Origin: Lingula anatina
Lineage: Eukaryota > Animalia > Brachiopoda
Assembly: GCA_051362555.1 (NCBI GenBank)
Contig: CM120643.1
Location: 8,866,001 to 8,930,000 of the forward strand
DNA length: 64,000 nucleotides
Direction of reading: 5' to 3'
Under the pieces are notes generated by a model. The model did no database searches. It was not told the DNA's origin and was given only the letters and a program-made list of their open reading frames with translations. The translations under genes were made by a program, and so were the position numbers. Shown here piece by piece: positions 13,101 to 30,035 of this stretch (positions are counted from its first letter, which is position 1; the number at the start of each line of letters is the position of its first letter).

Positions 13101-16100
13101 TCCGTACTGTTTTGGTGGCTAATTCTATTAAAATGGCTTGCAGATTATGTAAAAGAAGTTCCTAACACACACCACCTCTGTATTTGTAAACACGCAAATA
13201 GACTTTAGAATGAAGAATATAAACGCACTTTATATAGTTTGATATAAATCGCTATACATATTTATGTAATTTTACGTAAAAAATTGGCTGCCATTTTAGG
13301 TTACGAAAAGTGGTCAATGTCCCAGAAGTTAGTAAAGCCAAGCTAAGTTGAATTTTCTAACCCAAAAGAATGCAATTCTTTTTCAAACAATTACAGAAAA
13401 CAACATAGCATTGTTCAACTATGGGATCTATTGGAGGGGAAACTTGACTAATTGGAGGGCTAACTCCCTCACCACACTTAAGTTGAATATTAAACAAGCA
13501 GGTAATGGTAGTGTATGATAATGGCTAACGAAAAATCACGATAAACGGAAAAATCAAAGAAGAAGATGCCATTAATTGGACTGATAATACTAGAAATACA
13601 TGATGTATGTTGATTTTGCTGATTTTCTTTACCCTCTGACTCTACCCTGCTTTGGCGGCCATTTTTTTGGTAACAATGACGTGCTTGGATTTAGTCTTGT
13701 ACCTTACTGTGTTCCTCCGACAGGAAACACATTCACAAGAGCCGCAAATGAAGTATATCCGTCGAGTTCTGATTGTTTTTCAACTTTTCCTAAAAATTGA
13801 CGGCCATGTTGAAAAATGCTCAATGTCTTGGATGTATCAATCGAGCTAATTTTACCTTTCTATCCCTAAAGGATGCATTTCTGTAATAAAAAATTACGGG
13901 AAAGCAACATTGTAGGGTTCAACTATTGTTCATATGGGAGAAAGTGGATATTCGTCATTCTATATTGTGCAATATCACCCAGTGACGTCATTGTTATTGC
14001 TCTCATAGATGTGCACAGTGAGCGTACGTTTTAAAAAGCTATTTATGATATCATAATTAGTGCTGGTAGTGTTCGTTTTGGTGAAATCTGAATGTACATA
14101 AAATGCTGAGTCAGCATATTTAAGAAAGCCGCTCATCCGGGTACTTGTGAATATTGGAGTTGCCCCCCGATCCAAAATTGACAAACACCCAATGGTCATT
14201 CATCGTGGAAAGTTCCATGCTTTTATCAACTTTTGCACAATTCTGGATATATTTTGGACTTAACCGCCTGACTATAAGAGAATTACCAAAAGGCATTGTT
14301 TAATTTTACCCGAAAGTGATGTTTGAACAGATTTTTTTGCTAGCATTCTATGCTGTATGTCAATGGGGCAGAAAAGTAGGTCACGAAAGTAAGTTAAATT
14401 GACAACCAAAATTTAAAGAATTAGGAGCACTCTAAAGCTCTTTTATGGTTGATCGGGTGATTTATTAAGTTTATCCCTTGGCATGTCAAATTTATTAGAG
14501 TCGTAGAAGAAACTAGTAGAAGCTAGTGGTTTACATGTGTTACTGGGAATCCGCGCACCACCGATGCTCAGTTCGTATGTACCTTTAAAATGTCAAAAAT
14601 GAATGAAGAATTCAGAGGGAGGAGTTTGCTCCTTTTACTGCATTTTTTGCTTCTACCCTAGCATAAAATTGTTGCCTCTGGCATATCAGGGATGCCAACA
14701 TTGCTAAGAAATAATCTGTACTCATTTTCTTCTTACTATTCGAACCGATTTAGCTTTAAAAAACAGTACTGTTACACTCACGTCAGTCATGTCACAATGT
14801 ATGAAAATAACTCCACATCATATTATGTGTTTAATATGCATGGATATACTCTTAGTCATTTCCATTAAATTGCACCACCTCTTTTCTTTACCCACCAGTA
14901 TGTTTTCTGTGGACCTGAAATCACACGTTCCATTTATTTTCATCAGAAAGATCACATGGTGGTGGCTGTGGATGACCTCATGAGCCGGTACACACCCCCC
15001 GTGGCTTCGCACCGCTACAAGATCAGGTTCATACCTGTGGTGCAGAGAGATGCTACAGAGGAGCAGATTGAGACCCTGTGTAACTATGATTCAAGGCGAG
15101 TTATGTGGTACTATTCAACTTGACACCATTTTTTTTAAATAATACAAAATTTTTACAACTTACAGTACTTGATCAGTTGGATTATAGATGGTAAATTTTA
15201 TTATTGTTATTATTACTATTATTTTATATTTATTATTATTATTATTATTTTGCCAAGCCTAAAATCCTTGATCATTTAACTTTACCATATGTGTTTTTGG
15301 ATGGATCAGTTTCAACCTGAAATGAAACCGTGGCCCTTCTCAATTATCGACATGTGGCATACGAGAGTTTTCAATACCAGTTCTCAGCATTATACCAAGA
15401 GCAGATTTTGGCCCTTGTTTTGATTAACCATCCATATGCTGAGATATGTTAGCACAGGCATATATAGCAATTAATCAGGATCACAGTGAGTGCATAGTCA
15501 TTGTTGATAGTCAGTCAGTATATCTTCATGGGCTAAGGATTCATTTTTAGTAGGTCTTGTATATAAGAATGCAAGGTTTAAGCTTCATTTCATATCCTGT
15601 TATTTCAGTATTCATATTGACCCAGATGTCAGGTTGAAGCCACACATCCTGCGAATGTCCAACTACTGCTGGTGTGACAGGGACCATATCGCCAGGATTA
15701 ACTCAGTAAGTTAAAGGCACATATGAACCGAGCATCAGTGGAACGTGGATTCCCTGTAACATATGTAAACAATTTCTACTAGTTTCTTATGTGACTCAAA
15801 TAAATTTAATTCGACATGCCAAGGGATAAAGTGATTAATTCACTGGATCAGCCATAAAAGGGCTTTAGACTGCTCCTTTCTTTAATTTTTTGGTCAAAAA
15901 ATTAACCTTCTTTCGTGACCTACTTTTCTGCCCCTTTGATATACAGCATAGAATGCTAGCAGAAAAATCCATTCAAATACCTTTTTTTGGGGTAAAATTG
16001 GTAATTCTCTTAGTTATGCTACTTCAACTTGTATGCTGGCATTTTGGTTGGATTTTTTTGCATGAGGGGATGTCTCTGACCCCAAAATGGCATTCCTTTG

Positions 16101-16591
16101 TAAAAATGGGCAAAACAATAAAAAAAAATTTGGTTGGCTTTTGTGGCAGATAATTGACTTCATATGCATCTTTAAAGGGGAGGGGTGCTAGTGGGCCTAC
16201 CCCAACTTTTTACAGTCACATCGCCAGTGATAAGTGTAGGTACAATATACATGGGGGAGGGGGAGTGGAGGAGAATCTGCCTGTAAATACATTTTACTCT
16301 ATGCCTCTTATTAATAGGATACACTTCAAATCAATAATTTATAAATCCTGTAAAACTGACCTTCTACCCCTCCCTCTCATAGCCCCTCCCTCGTGGGGTC
16401 CAGGTAGGGGACTACGAAGAATTAACAGAGCCCAGGAAGCTGAGGGTTCGTGCTCTTATTACCTCTCATTGGGAACAGTTACTATACTTCGAAGTCTCCC
16501 CCCGCTTTTTTCAAATTTTAATAAAAATGGCAAAAGCTATAAAACGATCAGGTTCTGTTTGTTTGTTCAGCTGAATCTCAGTACTTAGTGA

Positions 16592-16627
<36 letters not shown>

Positions 16628-19600
16628 GGCAGTTTACATAATCAAAACTCATTTGGTTTTATTTTTAAAACATCAACTTGAATTTTAGAGGTAGTACCAA
16701 TAACTGGCAAAGTCTTATCTTAAAGTTTATAATCCTTGTTATATCCCATATCAATCAAATACATATAAAAATATTCTCATAAAATTATAAAGAAAAAAAG
16801 AGGTTAACGTCAACTAGTTTCATAAACGAACAAAAAAGTCCACTGTTAACAATCCAGTTCTATGAAGTAAAAAAGTTAACTGTGAAAAAAATAGATTATA
16901 GGTTAAACTGCAAAGGATAAATCTGCTAAAAGAGATAAAATTGATTATCTCACATGTCTTTACGCTGATATTTATCTAACTCAGTTAAGACATCTGCACA
17001 CTTTCAGTTTTTCTTAGTTAAACATAGTGCTGGATGGTTCTATGGTACGTTTGCAGTGTGTTCACTACATTATCTTCAGTGGTTAATATCACAATTCAGT
17101 TGCTAATCTATGTACTTATACGTGGATATTCCACCACGGTCAGTTCCAACAACAAGCTCCCCGTTCCTATTGACACCTACTGACAAAGGATTCTCAATGT
17201 CACTCCTTGTCAAAACGTTACGTAGAAACTTCCCGTCTGAACCAAGGACAACTACCCTGTGATTACCGTAGTCAGCTATGAATATGTGTCCAAACTTATC
17301 TATGCACACTCCATCTGGATTACACAGTTGCCCGTCTCTACTTCCACTCTGACCTCGTGCTCCATATTGGAATATGACGTCACCCTGAGGTGTCACTGCA
17401 TACACACAGTGGGTACTGCCATTGCTGACTATGATTGCATTGATGCCGTGGTGGTATACACAGCACAGTGTGCCTCCACTGCACATTGGGATAGGAATTC
17501 TGTTAACAAGTTGAAAATTTATCATGTCGTACACACAGATGCACCTTGCACCACCATCACACACGTACACTTTACCCTCCGTACGGTCCACAGTGACACC
17601 CCAGGGGTCAGACATATCACCCTGACCAAAACATCGGATAACCTTACCTGATATGGAATACAGTCTACAGCATTTGTCCTGGCATGTGGCCACATATTTA
17701 TCATTACTGACTGTAGTGATACGCCACGCCCTTCCCTTTATATTGATCTGACGATTACAGTGACCTGTGCTGGAAAAAACAGACACACTAATAATATTGT
17801 AGCCCAAGTTACCATGTACAACTAAAGTGCTACCGTCATCTGTGTACTGGATATCCCATACCCAACCCTGAACATTAAAACAAATACCCCGCTCTGGTGT
17901 TTCAAGCCATGTGAATGTCTGAACCCGCTGAGGATAGCACGCTCTCTTTTGTTTCAAATTTCCAAAATACGTATCCAAGTGACCCCGGTATGTTTTGGCC
18001 GTAATGGACCTTGTTTTGATAGACAGCAGCCGTTGTTCAGGAATTGTAGGAAGCTGCAGCACAAGGTCCATTGCTGTTTCCCCTGGTGTAAATGTTATAT
18101 TGGTGATGTTGGTATCAAAGACTGGTTCTAATGTCTGCAACTCCTGAATTCTAGCTTGGAGATTTTTAGAGTGGGCCATGATCTCAGTGTCAGAACCGGT
18201 GTCTATAAGTTGCTGAGCAAAATTACGAATGCTCTGAATGGAAATCCTGTTCATTTCTTGCTTGTCCTTTTCAGCTTCTAAAGTCTTCACCTGCATGGAG
18301 GTGACTGCCTTAACTTCCTTTGTTATTTCTTTGCTTTTGTCATCTATAACTTTCTTCATTTTGGTGTAATCTGACTGTACTTTTGTTTCATAAGTTTCCA
18401 AATGCTGTTTGACAGTGGTCAAATATCTGTCCGTCTGTTGACGTATGTCCTTCTCTATTTGTTGATAATAATCTTTGATTTCTCTTTTAATTGTTTTACT
18501 GTTTTCATTTATCTCCTTAGTCATAGCTAATTTTTGAGAGTCCACCAAACGAAGAACCTTTGTCTGATTTTCAGTCAGCCCCTCTTCAGTTTCCACAATG
18601 AATTTTTCTGCCTTTTCAAAACGAGACAGTTTTTCTGTTGTTAGACATTTAAGCTTGGTTTGTATAAGATCTTGTTGAACTTTCACCACATCCCCTACTT
18701 TCTTAAAGTCATGTTTACTGTGTGTTTCCAAAATACAATCTCTACATGCCACGGTGTCATCCTCTTCACAATAGAATGTCAGTAACTCGCCATCGTGTTT
18801 GTCGCAGTATTGAGCTTTTTCTAATATGTGACGTAACTGATCTCGTATGTTAGCTGGGTTAACTGAGAAATTGACGTGTGACAGAGGTACAAAGTGATGT
18901 CCATTTAATGCAGGAATGCTGTCATGTAATTCACGACATGTAGCGCAGAGTTGGTTTGTTTTTGGACATCCTTGGCACAGCAAAGTAGCCTCTTTATGCT
19001 TACAATACTCACATAGTTTCCCCTCTGGCACTTTCTGATCTTTCATGAAGTCTGTTACTTTTCTTAAAAAAAAGTTTTTCACGAGAGTTTCTAACCCACC
19101 TGGTGGTATGGGGGCCTCCTGGCGACACACGGGACAGGAGAACTTGTTTTGGACACCATTCTTAGCTGCATGGTTGGCAATGCATTCCAGGCAAAATGTG
19201 TGGTAACAGGGGAGCACTCTCGGGTCTTTATATTCCTCTAGGCATATATGACACATTAAGAAGTTCTCACTGAAGATGCTGCACATATCTTTGGAAGCCA
19301 TTGCCATGGTATAGGCGCCCAAAGTGGGCACAGCACCCCGCCCCCTAAACGCCGCCCGCTCTACTGCTGCCAAAACCGTTGCGTACACTTTATATATCAT
19401 TTAATAAGTTATCTATACTACTTCAAAGTTGCCACACCATCAATATATCCCAATCAGGTGATGTTGGCAATAGCCAGGTATCAAAGTCTAAAGTCTGTAC
19501 TAGCTGAGTGCTTGACACGTACATTATTGATACACTGTGAGGGGTGACATCCCCCCCCCCCTCGTGCCCACATGTATCCCCTGGTGTTATTGTGTTGTAG

Positions 19601-22033
19601 CTTTTGCAATAGGTGATGAAATGTGGAATGACAGTTGAATCATTCTGTTTTTTCATAAAGTGACATGGATGATGACAACATTGGAAAGGGTGTATGGATA
19701 AATGAAACTGATCAAAATAAAGATTGAAGCCCCTAGCCTCTATACACCCAGCCACTGATATTTGACATGTATCATGTATGTGTTTCACCCCCCCCCCCCC
19801 CCAACACACACTACACATACACAGACCACCCCGCTCTACTACTAAGGGCGTATATATAATTTAGTAGGTTATCTAAAGTAGGACCCGCTTTAAAGTTGTC
19901 ACCGATCGACACGCCACAATCAGGTGATGTTGTCAATAACCAGGACGGTATCAAAGTCTATCCATCAACCATGTACAAAAAAAAGAGTTTGAAATAAACA
20001 ATCTGCTTAATATTAATCCACCTCGTTAGACATTAACCTGTTGCTAGTATTAGATTATTATCTATATACAAGTCTACAGGGCCTTTGTTACCAGTGTGCC
20101 ACTGTTACAGCTTGTCATGACACCTATATACCACACGCAAATAAAAAAAAGGACAATCCGAAATATTCTGCCGTTCGTGTCAGATTTACGTAAAGTTGCA
20201 GAAAAGTTAAATAAGGACACCTAATGAGCATATTTCATTGCATATTTCATAAGCTTATACTGGTAAGGAAGTCATTCATCTCAGAACACATTCAATCAAC
20301 CTATGTTGCTACCACACCTGTGTATAACACACATGTATATGTGTAATATGATATCGATAATATTCTTTAGATTACTGAAATACCTGAAAATTGTAACTGT
20401 CAAAATGAGAGACCCAGTTATGAAAACAAGTTCCAACAAAGCTACTGAAATTAGATTCACCGATGCACTATTAGTAACATTTCAAGCACAATCTTCCCAA
20501 ACCACTTGTTTGTGGCTATATGTTCTGGGCACATTGGCTGGTTGCATATGAAGCACATGGTTCACTTCAGTACAATATAAAGTACTGAGTAGAAGTGGAA
20601 TATTTGAATAAAATTTAAAAACCAATGTTTAAAGACCAGTGCTTCTCCTTTGGGTCATAAATGACCCCACAAGAGTTTGTGATGTATATGCAACATAAAT
20701 TGCTAAAATCCCTTCTAAAAACTAAAAGTGGGAAGGATTAGTATACTGACAAACTCATGCTAGGAAAGAAAATTCGGATAAAAAATAAAGAGATGGCACA
20801 TTAAATAATATTGCTGGGGTCGAAAATGACCCCACACAGTCACTTGAAGGTTAAGGGTCAGGGACTGCTTCCCCCCCCCCCCCCCCCCAACCCCACACCA
20901 TCCTATAGATTTACTTTGTATGAAAAACGTAAGTGACCCCCCCCTCCCTCTGATGATTATTTTAGTAATTGAAGTGTCAGTGCCCCCCCCCCCCCCACCC
21001 CCAAGACCAATAAATAAGGGACAAAGGTGAAGGGAGAAGAAGAGGGGGGGGGGTTGAAGTTATCCAGGTCATACTTCTGATTCTCAGTGCATTGAGGCTC
21101 ATGCTCACATATTGCATTTTCTCAAATGCAGAAAGTATTGCTTTTGGGTTTTATAAAGTGATTTTAAAAAATTTCATGAAGTGCATAAAAGCTGAATTCA
21201 TTTCTGACACCGAATTGGATTCTTCTTATTGTTGATTAATATTTGTTTATTTTGAAAAAAAGCACCTCTTCAGGCTACTGAATACCACAGAGGGAGGTGG
21301 CATTGGAGGAAAAAAGTACTTTACTACTGTACTGTAATAATAGGGTTTTAGATGAGTTATATATTATGCAATATTTTTAATTCAGAAGATTCTGAGTCCT
21401 GACTTCGTGGTAGAGATCACAATAAAACCATGGGACCCCTCGGACCTCAGGAACCAGCAGTATACCAAGGCTGACCTCAAGCTGCCTGCTGTTCACGAGG
21501 ATGAGGAGGGCAACTGTTACTTCCGACAGCAGGGCAGTGTAGTTCGTGTAAGAGAATATCTATTATTAATAGTAGTTACTCTGGAAATTTTCTTTTTGTG
21601 TGTGTTCTCTTTCAATCAAATTTGAAGTTATGCAACGTCGTTTTGTAAGAAAAAAACAAGCAAGATTAGTTATTGTTGATGATTATTACATTATGTTCTG
21701 CAGAAACTATATGATAATAATTGATTTTCTGAAAAAATGAGACTAACTGTTATTTCAGACATATTTCAAGTTAAAATGAGCATAGAACTTGCTATGTGAC
21801 ATAAAAAAACAATACGAAATCTCCATTTCAGTATTCTTTACAAGAAGTCATTCAGAATACAAAAAGGGAAGTTCACGACCATTATACACAGAAGATAGAG
21901 AAGTGAGTATTAAGCTTACATCTTTATGATTATTCAACTCAAATCCGCTTTGAAATTGTTTTTGAGATTGAGAAACATGCTGCATATTGAAGTTGGGCCC
22001 ATTATAGATAACTCCAAAAAAAAAAAAAAAAAA

Positions 22034-22115
<82 letters not shown>

Positions 22116-22322
22116 CAGTACTGCTGCAGTTTTTAGTGAAAACTGACAAAATTGATAGGTTCATTCAGATTCTACATTTAGACCTGATGAACCTTATCAC
22201 GACAAGAAACCACTTTCGATTTTATAATGAAAATTAATATTTCTATTCAACAATTTGTAACTAGGTTGAAGGAAGAACTGTTTCCTGGGGTACAGCTGCA
22301 AGGCTTAAATCTCACAAGCTGA
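9805..22322 (+). CDS. Stand-alone Schlafen/AlbA_2-domain protein (~280 aa), 7 coding exons
   Basis: Exons 9805-10010, 10454-10553, 14947-15095, 15609-15705, 21386-21547, 21832-21902, 22265-22322 join in frame (843 nt). Motifs FEEDATHEFKG (E-x4-EFK), LNGFLNTGKGGTVYLGITDEGQVYG, FVVEITI and CYFRQQGSV are typical of AlbA_2/Schlafen. Confidence 0.88.
11880..12025. mobile_element. Small MITE inside the Academ-like element (Harbinger-like)
   Basis: TIR GGCCCTGTATCTCGAAAACATCGCG / CGCGTGATGCTTTCGAGATACGGGGCC. Confidence 0.7.
12401..12620. mobile_element. MITE inside the Academ-like element
   Basis: 16-bp perfect TIR AGCCTAGATTACATTT / AAATGTAATCTAGGCT. Confidence 0.75.
15715..16171. mobile_element. 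TTAA-flanked (Kolobok-like) MITE, intact, inverted relative to 10744-14584
   Basis: TTAA|AGGCACATATGAAC...CTTCATATGCATCT|TTAA; contains the empty site ggtaattctc-tta-gttatgc. Confidence 0.8.
17103..19307 (-). CDS. Intronless TRIM-NHL E3 ubiquitin ligase (RING, B-box1, B-box2, coiled coil, NHL propeller), TRIM2/3/56/71-like
   Basis: 765-aa ORF; likely start ACCATGG at 19307 (MAMASKD). RING CHIC...PCYHTFCLEC...CPVC; B-boxes CEYC...CATC...HH and CDKH...C..C...H..H; NHL repeats PWGVTVD, PDGVCID...IFIADYGNHRV. AATAAA on - strand at ~16658-16663. Confidence 0.95.
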   Translation of the reverse strand: MAMASKDMCSIFSENFLMCHICLEEYKDPRVLPCYHTFCLECIANHAAKNGVQNKFSCPVCRQEAPIPPGGLETLVKNFFLRKVTDFMKDQKVPEGKLCEYCKHKEATLLCQGCPKTNQLCATCRELHDSIPALNGHHFVPLSHVNFSVNPANIRDQLRHILEKAQYCDKHDGELLTFYCEEDDTVACRDCILETHSKHDFKKVGDVVKVQQDLIQTKLKCLTTEKLSRFEKAEKFIVETEEGLTENQTKVLRLVDSQKLAMTKEINENSKTIKREIKDYYQQIEKDIRQQTDRYLTTVKQHLETYETKVQSDYTKMKKVIDDKSKEITKEVKAVTSMQVKTLEAEKDKQEMNRISIQSIRNFAQQLIDTGSDTEIMAHSKNLQARIQELQTLEPVFDTNITNITFTPGETAMDLVLQLPTIPEQRLLSIKTRSITAKTYRGHLDTYFGNLKQKRACYPQRVQTFTWLETPERGICFNVQGWVWDIQYTDDGSTLVVHGNLGYNIISVSVFSSTGHCNRQINIKGRAWRITTVSNDKYVATCQDKCCRLYSISGKVIRCFGQGDMSDPWGVTVDRTEGKVYVCDGGARCICVYDMINFQLVNRIPIPMCSGGTLCCVYHHGINAIIVSNGSTHCVYAVTPQGDVIFQYGARGQSGSRDGQLCNPDGVCIDKFGHIFIADYGNHRVVVLGSDGKFLRNVLTRSDIENPLSVGVNRNGELVVGTDRGGISTYKYID
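22039..22098. repeat. (TA)n microsatellite flanked by polyA/polyT
   Basis: Visible run. Confidence 0.95.
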
Positions 22323-23778
22323 TGTAGAAATCATTATAAACTCCAGTATTATGCAATTTCAAATTGGTAAAAGAGACAGATTTTTTACTGACACTGATGA
22401 CCATGTAGTTGGCTTGCGATGTTGCTGATGGAAGAGTTGGTCATTTAACAGTGAGGGTGACAGAAACAGCAGATACGGTTGCAGAGGTCGTTTTCTCAGA
22501 GATGTATTGACGGTTAAAAAAATTGTGCACCATGAAAATGAGATTAAGGATCTTTTTTTTTTTTCAAAATGAACTTCCACATGAACTTGGAGCTATTCAT
22601 TTCATTTTATAACTTTTTAACGTATTTTGGGATTAATTTTTCTAATGTTCACAATTATTTTTGTATTAGAAATAAAAATTATATTTTTGCTACAAAGTTT
22701 TAGAGTACAGTTTCTGCTTCAATAGAAATAGACCTTACAGAGTATTTTATAGAGTGAATGGTCTTTATCCAACTACATGTCCTTTTTTTTAACAGATTAT
22801 ATTTGTATCCTAGCGGCATATAACATCTTTTTGAAGTAATGAAATAACTAGGGTGTAAATTTTGGCTTTTATCGAAGAAATTCATGTTAATATTCATTGC
22901 AGTAATGAAGCCATAGTGATGCCAGGCACTTGTGTGATTGAGTTATTGCAACAAGTTGTTCAAAAAGACATTCTACTGATTGAAAAAAATAACACGATTA
23001 TAGGTTTTACTAAAACATTTACTCACAACTATTGTATGTTTGTCATTACAAGAATGATGTTCAGCGTCTTATTTCAACAATAAGCAGGCCAAGTCATTTC
23101 AGGAAAAAAAAGTTGCTTTCATGTTCAGAAAAAAAAAAAAATAAAAAAATAAAATAAGTTCACAAAACTGTGGGTACATATTCTGATCCCTTGTTTGGAC
23201 CAGTTTTTGGAAGACTGAAGTACATCCTGTAGTTATCTCTTTGTTTTAGTTCCACAAATTTTTTTTATCCACAAATTCTCAATGATAAAATATGACAGGG
23301 TTTGTCAGTAAATTCTGGTTACAAACCCCATTTTCAAATTATCCTACAAAACATAAAAAAATTAATTACTCTAATGACTTCTGATGAGGATAAAATTTAA
23401 TAATATCTTCTAAAAACTTATTTTTAAAACATGATTATTCTGTTTACTCTATACAGATTCAACTTTTTTTAACCTTGAAAATCTTCCCATATTTACTACA
23501 AACACAAAGTTTCAAGGGCAAACAATTTTGAACCGACTAATTTTAAATCCCTGAAGAAGTTTAAGTTCTACATTGGAACATAGTCTATATAGTATACTGT
23601 AGGGATACATACTGAATGAGTGGGCATATAGACACTAGGTGAGATATACAACCACCCTGTATTCTCACCGATCTGAAATGATGACATTCACAATATAAAT
23701 ATGGCATTTGTGATAAAAATCACGAATCGTAATGCAAGCTGCACTCTTGACTGATATGTATCAAATAACAATCACTTA

Positions 23779-23982
23779 AACCCCCTTTACACTGGATGGC
23801 GTCCTTTCTGCGTCCTGTGGTACAGCCCTGTTTGAGAGTAAAAATGAAATTACGTGCCAACAACTGACTAATCATTGAGCATTCGTTCTGCAACCAAAGC
23901 AATGCTTGTGCCTCCAGTCTACGACCACAGCGACGCCATTTTCATGGTCGCACAAAGGCCGCTGTCCATTGTAAAGGGGGTT
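23779..23982. mobile_element. PIF/Harbinger-like MITE; partial copy at ~1840-1980
   Basis: TTA|AACCCCCTTTACACTGGA...TCCATTGTAAAGGGGGTT|TTA (3-bp TSD). Confidence 0.75.
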
Positions 23983-25044
23983 TTAGCAGCCGTCAAGCAA
24001 CATCTTGACATGATTGGAATAGTTCTGGTAACATTGTACACAAACTTGCTACACACACACTGAGTATTATTATAATAATACAATTTTACTAGTACATTTT
24101 TTTTTCGAAGTCGGGTCCTGATATCAATCTCAAGCCAGACATGACTGAACATTGAAGCATCAGCTTTTTCAGAAAACTTTCTGAAAATTTTGCCTTACTA
24201 GCTATATATCCCAGTACAATGTATAAAAATATGACCTAGCAGCTAATTTAGACTAGATTTGAGATCTGAGACCCAGGCTTCTCAGACTGAAAGACTCAGA
24301 CTGGGCTTAATTACTATCCATTTCCCTTAACTATAAATAGTTCAAATATAATAGGATATACTTATAAAATTTAAAACTTTGAAAACTAATACTTCTTCAT
24401 TGCTTTGCAAGAGTAGGTAAATGCTTGGCATTCTATAATTAAGTGGTTGTATTTTGATCTAGTAAAATTTCAATAAACCTGCATTTTCTTTGAGAAACCT
24501 GCAAATATATCAGCAAGCCACTCAACTGAAAACAAAAAGTACAGCAACAAATCCACTTTTTCAGTACACTTCAGCAGAAACAATATCAAAATGCAAACAT
24601 TTTCAGATGAAGCACTTGCACAAGAACAAAACGGTGCAGCTGTACATTAAACATAAACCAGCATTTTCTCTTATGAGCACATTTTATTATATTTTACCTC
24701 AGTTTTAACCACTTAATAGCTTGGACTGTTGGAATTGACAGCCTTTTTGCATCATACAAATACACCTAAGATTTGCTTCTTATTAAAGCAATTATGATGA
24801 TTAGAAAACCTCTCTCAAAATCTTGGACGAATGAGCACACCTCATTTTTTAAATCATGATCCACTCATACTTAACATGTGCATTTTCCAAACTGAATGCT
24901 AGCATGACCAGTTTCTTTCGGATTCAACAGTTACATCATGTGTTCTATTCACTATCTTTTCTAATACTTCAACTTAAAAAATTCTAAATGAGTAAATGCA
25001 TCAGTTTGCTTGTTTGCCAGTTAATATTTGTACTCTCATGGTAC

Positions 25045-30035
<4,991 letters not shown>

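Larger units (their letters stand above)
10819..14274. mobile_element. Non-autonomous DNA transposon with ~750-bp TIRs, Academ-like
   Basis: Termini TAGTTAGGCGG.../...CCGCCTGACTA (TAG...CTA), 3-bp TSD TAA; inverted similarity traceable between ~10819-11580 and ~13490-14274; no transposase ORF. Confidence 0.8.
10744..14584. mobile_element. TTAA-flanked (Kolobok-like) MITE split by an Academ-like insertion
   Basis: TTAA|AGATACATAC at left and GTATGTACCT|TTAA at right; pieces 10744-10818 and 14278-14584 match the intact inverted copy at 15715-16171. Confidence 0.8.

Noticed and set aside
19308-19400. N-terminal 31 aa of the 765-aa TRIM ORF
   Set aside because: It overlaps the TATA-like box; ATG 19307 has strong context and the usual distance to the RING.
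21759-21779. Alternative terminal exon TYFKLK* for the Schlafen gene
   Set aside because: Exon 21832-21902 better fits the AlbA_2 C-terminal helix and has strong donor and acceptor sites.
21926-22237. ORFs rich in YIYI, CVCV or SLSL (also 4706-5113, 26268-26480, 50187-50396)
   Set aside because: Microsatellite translations; only the 4924-5049 part is a real exon.
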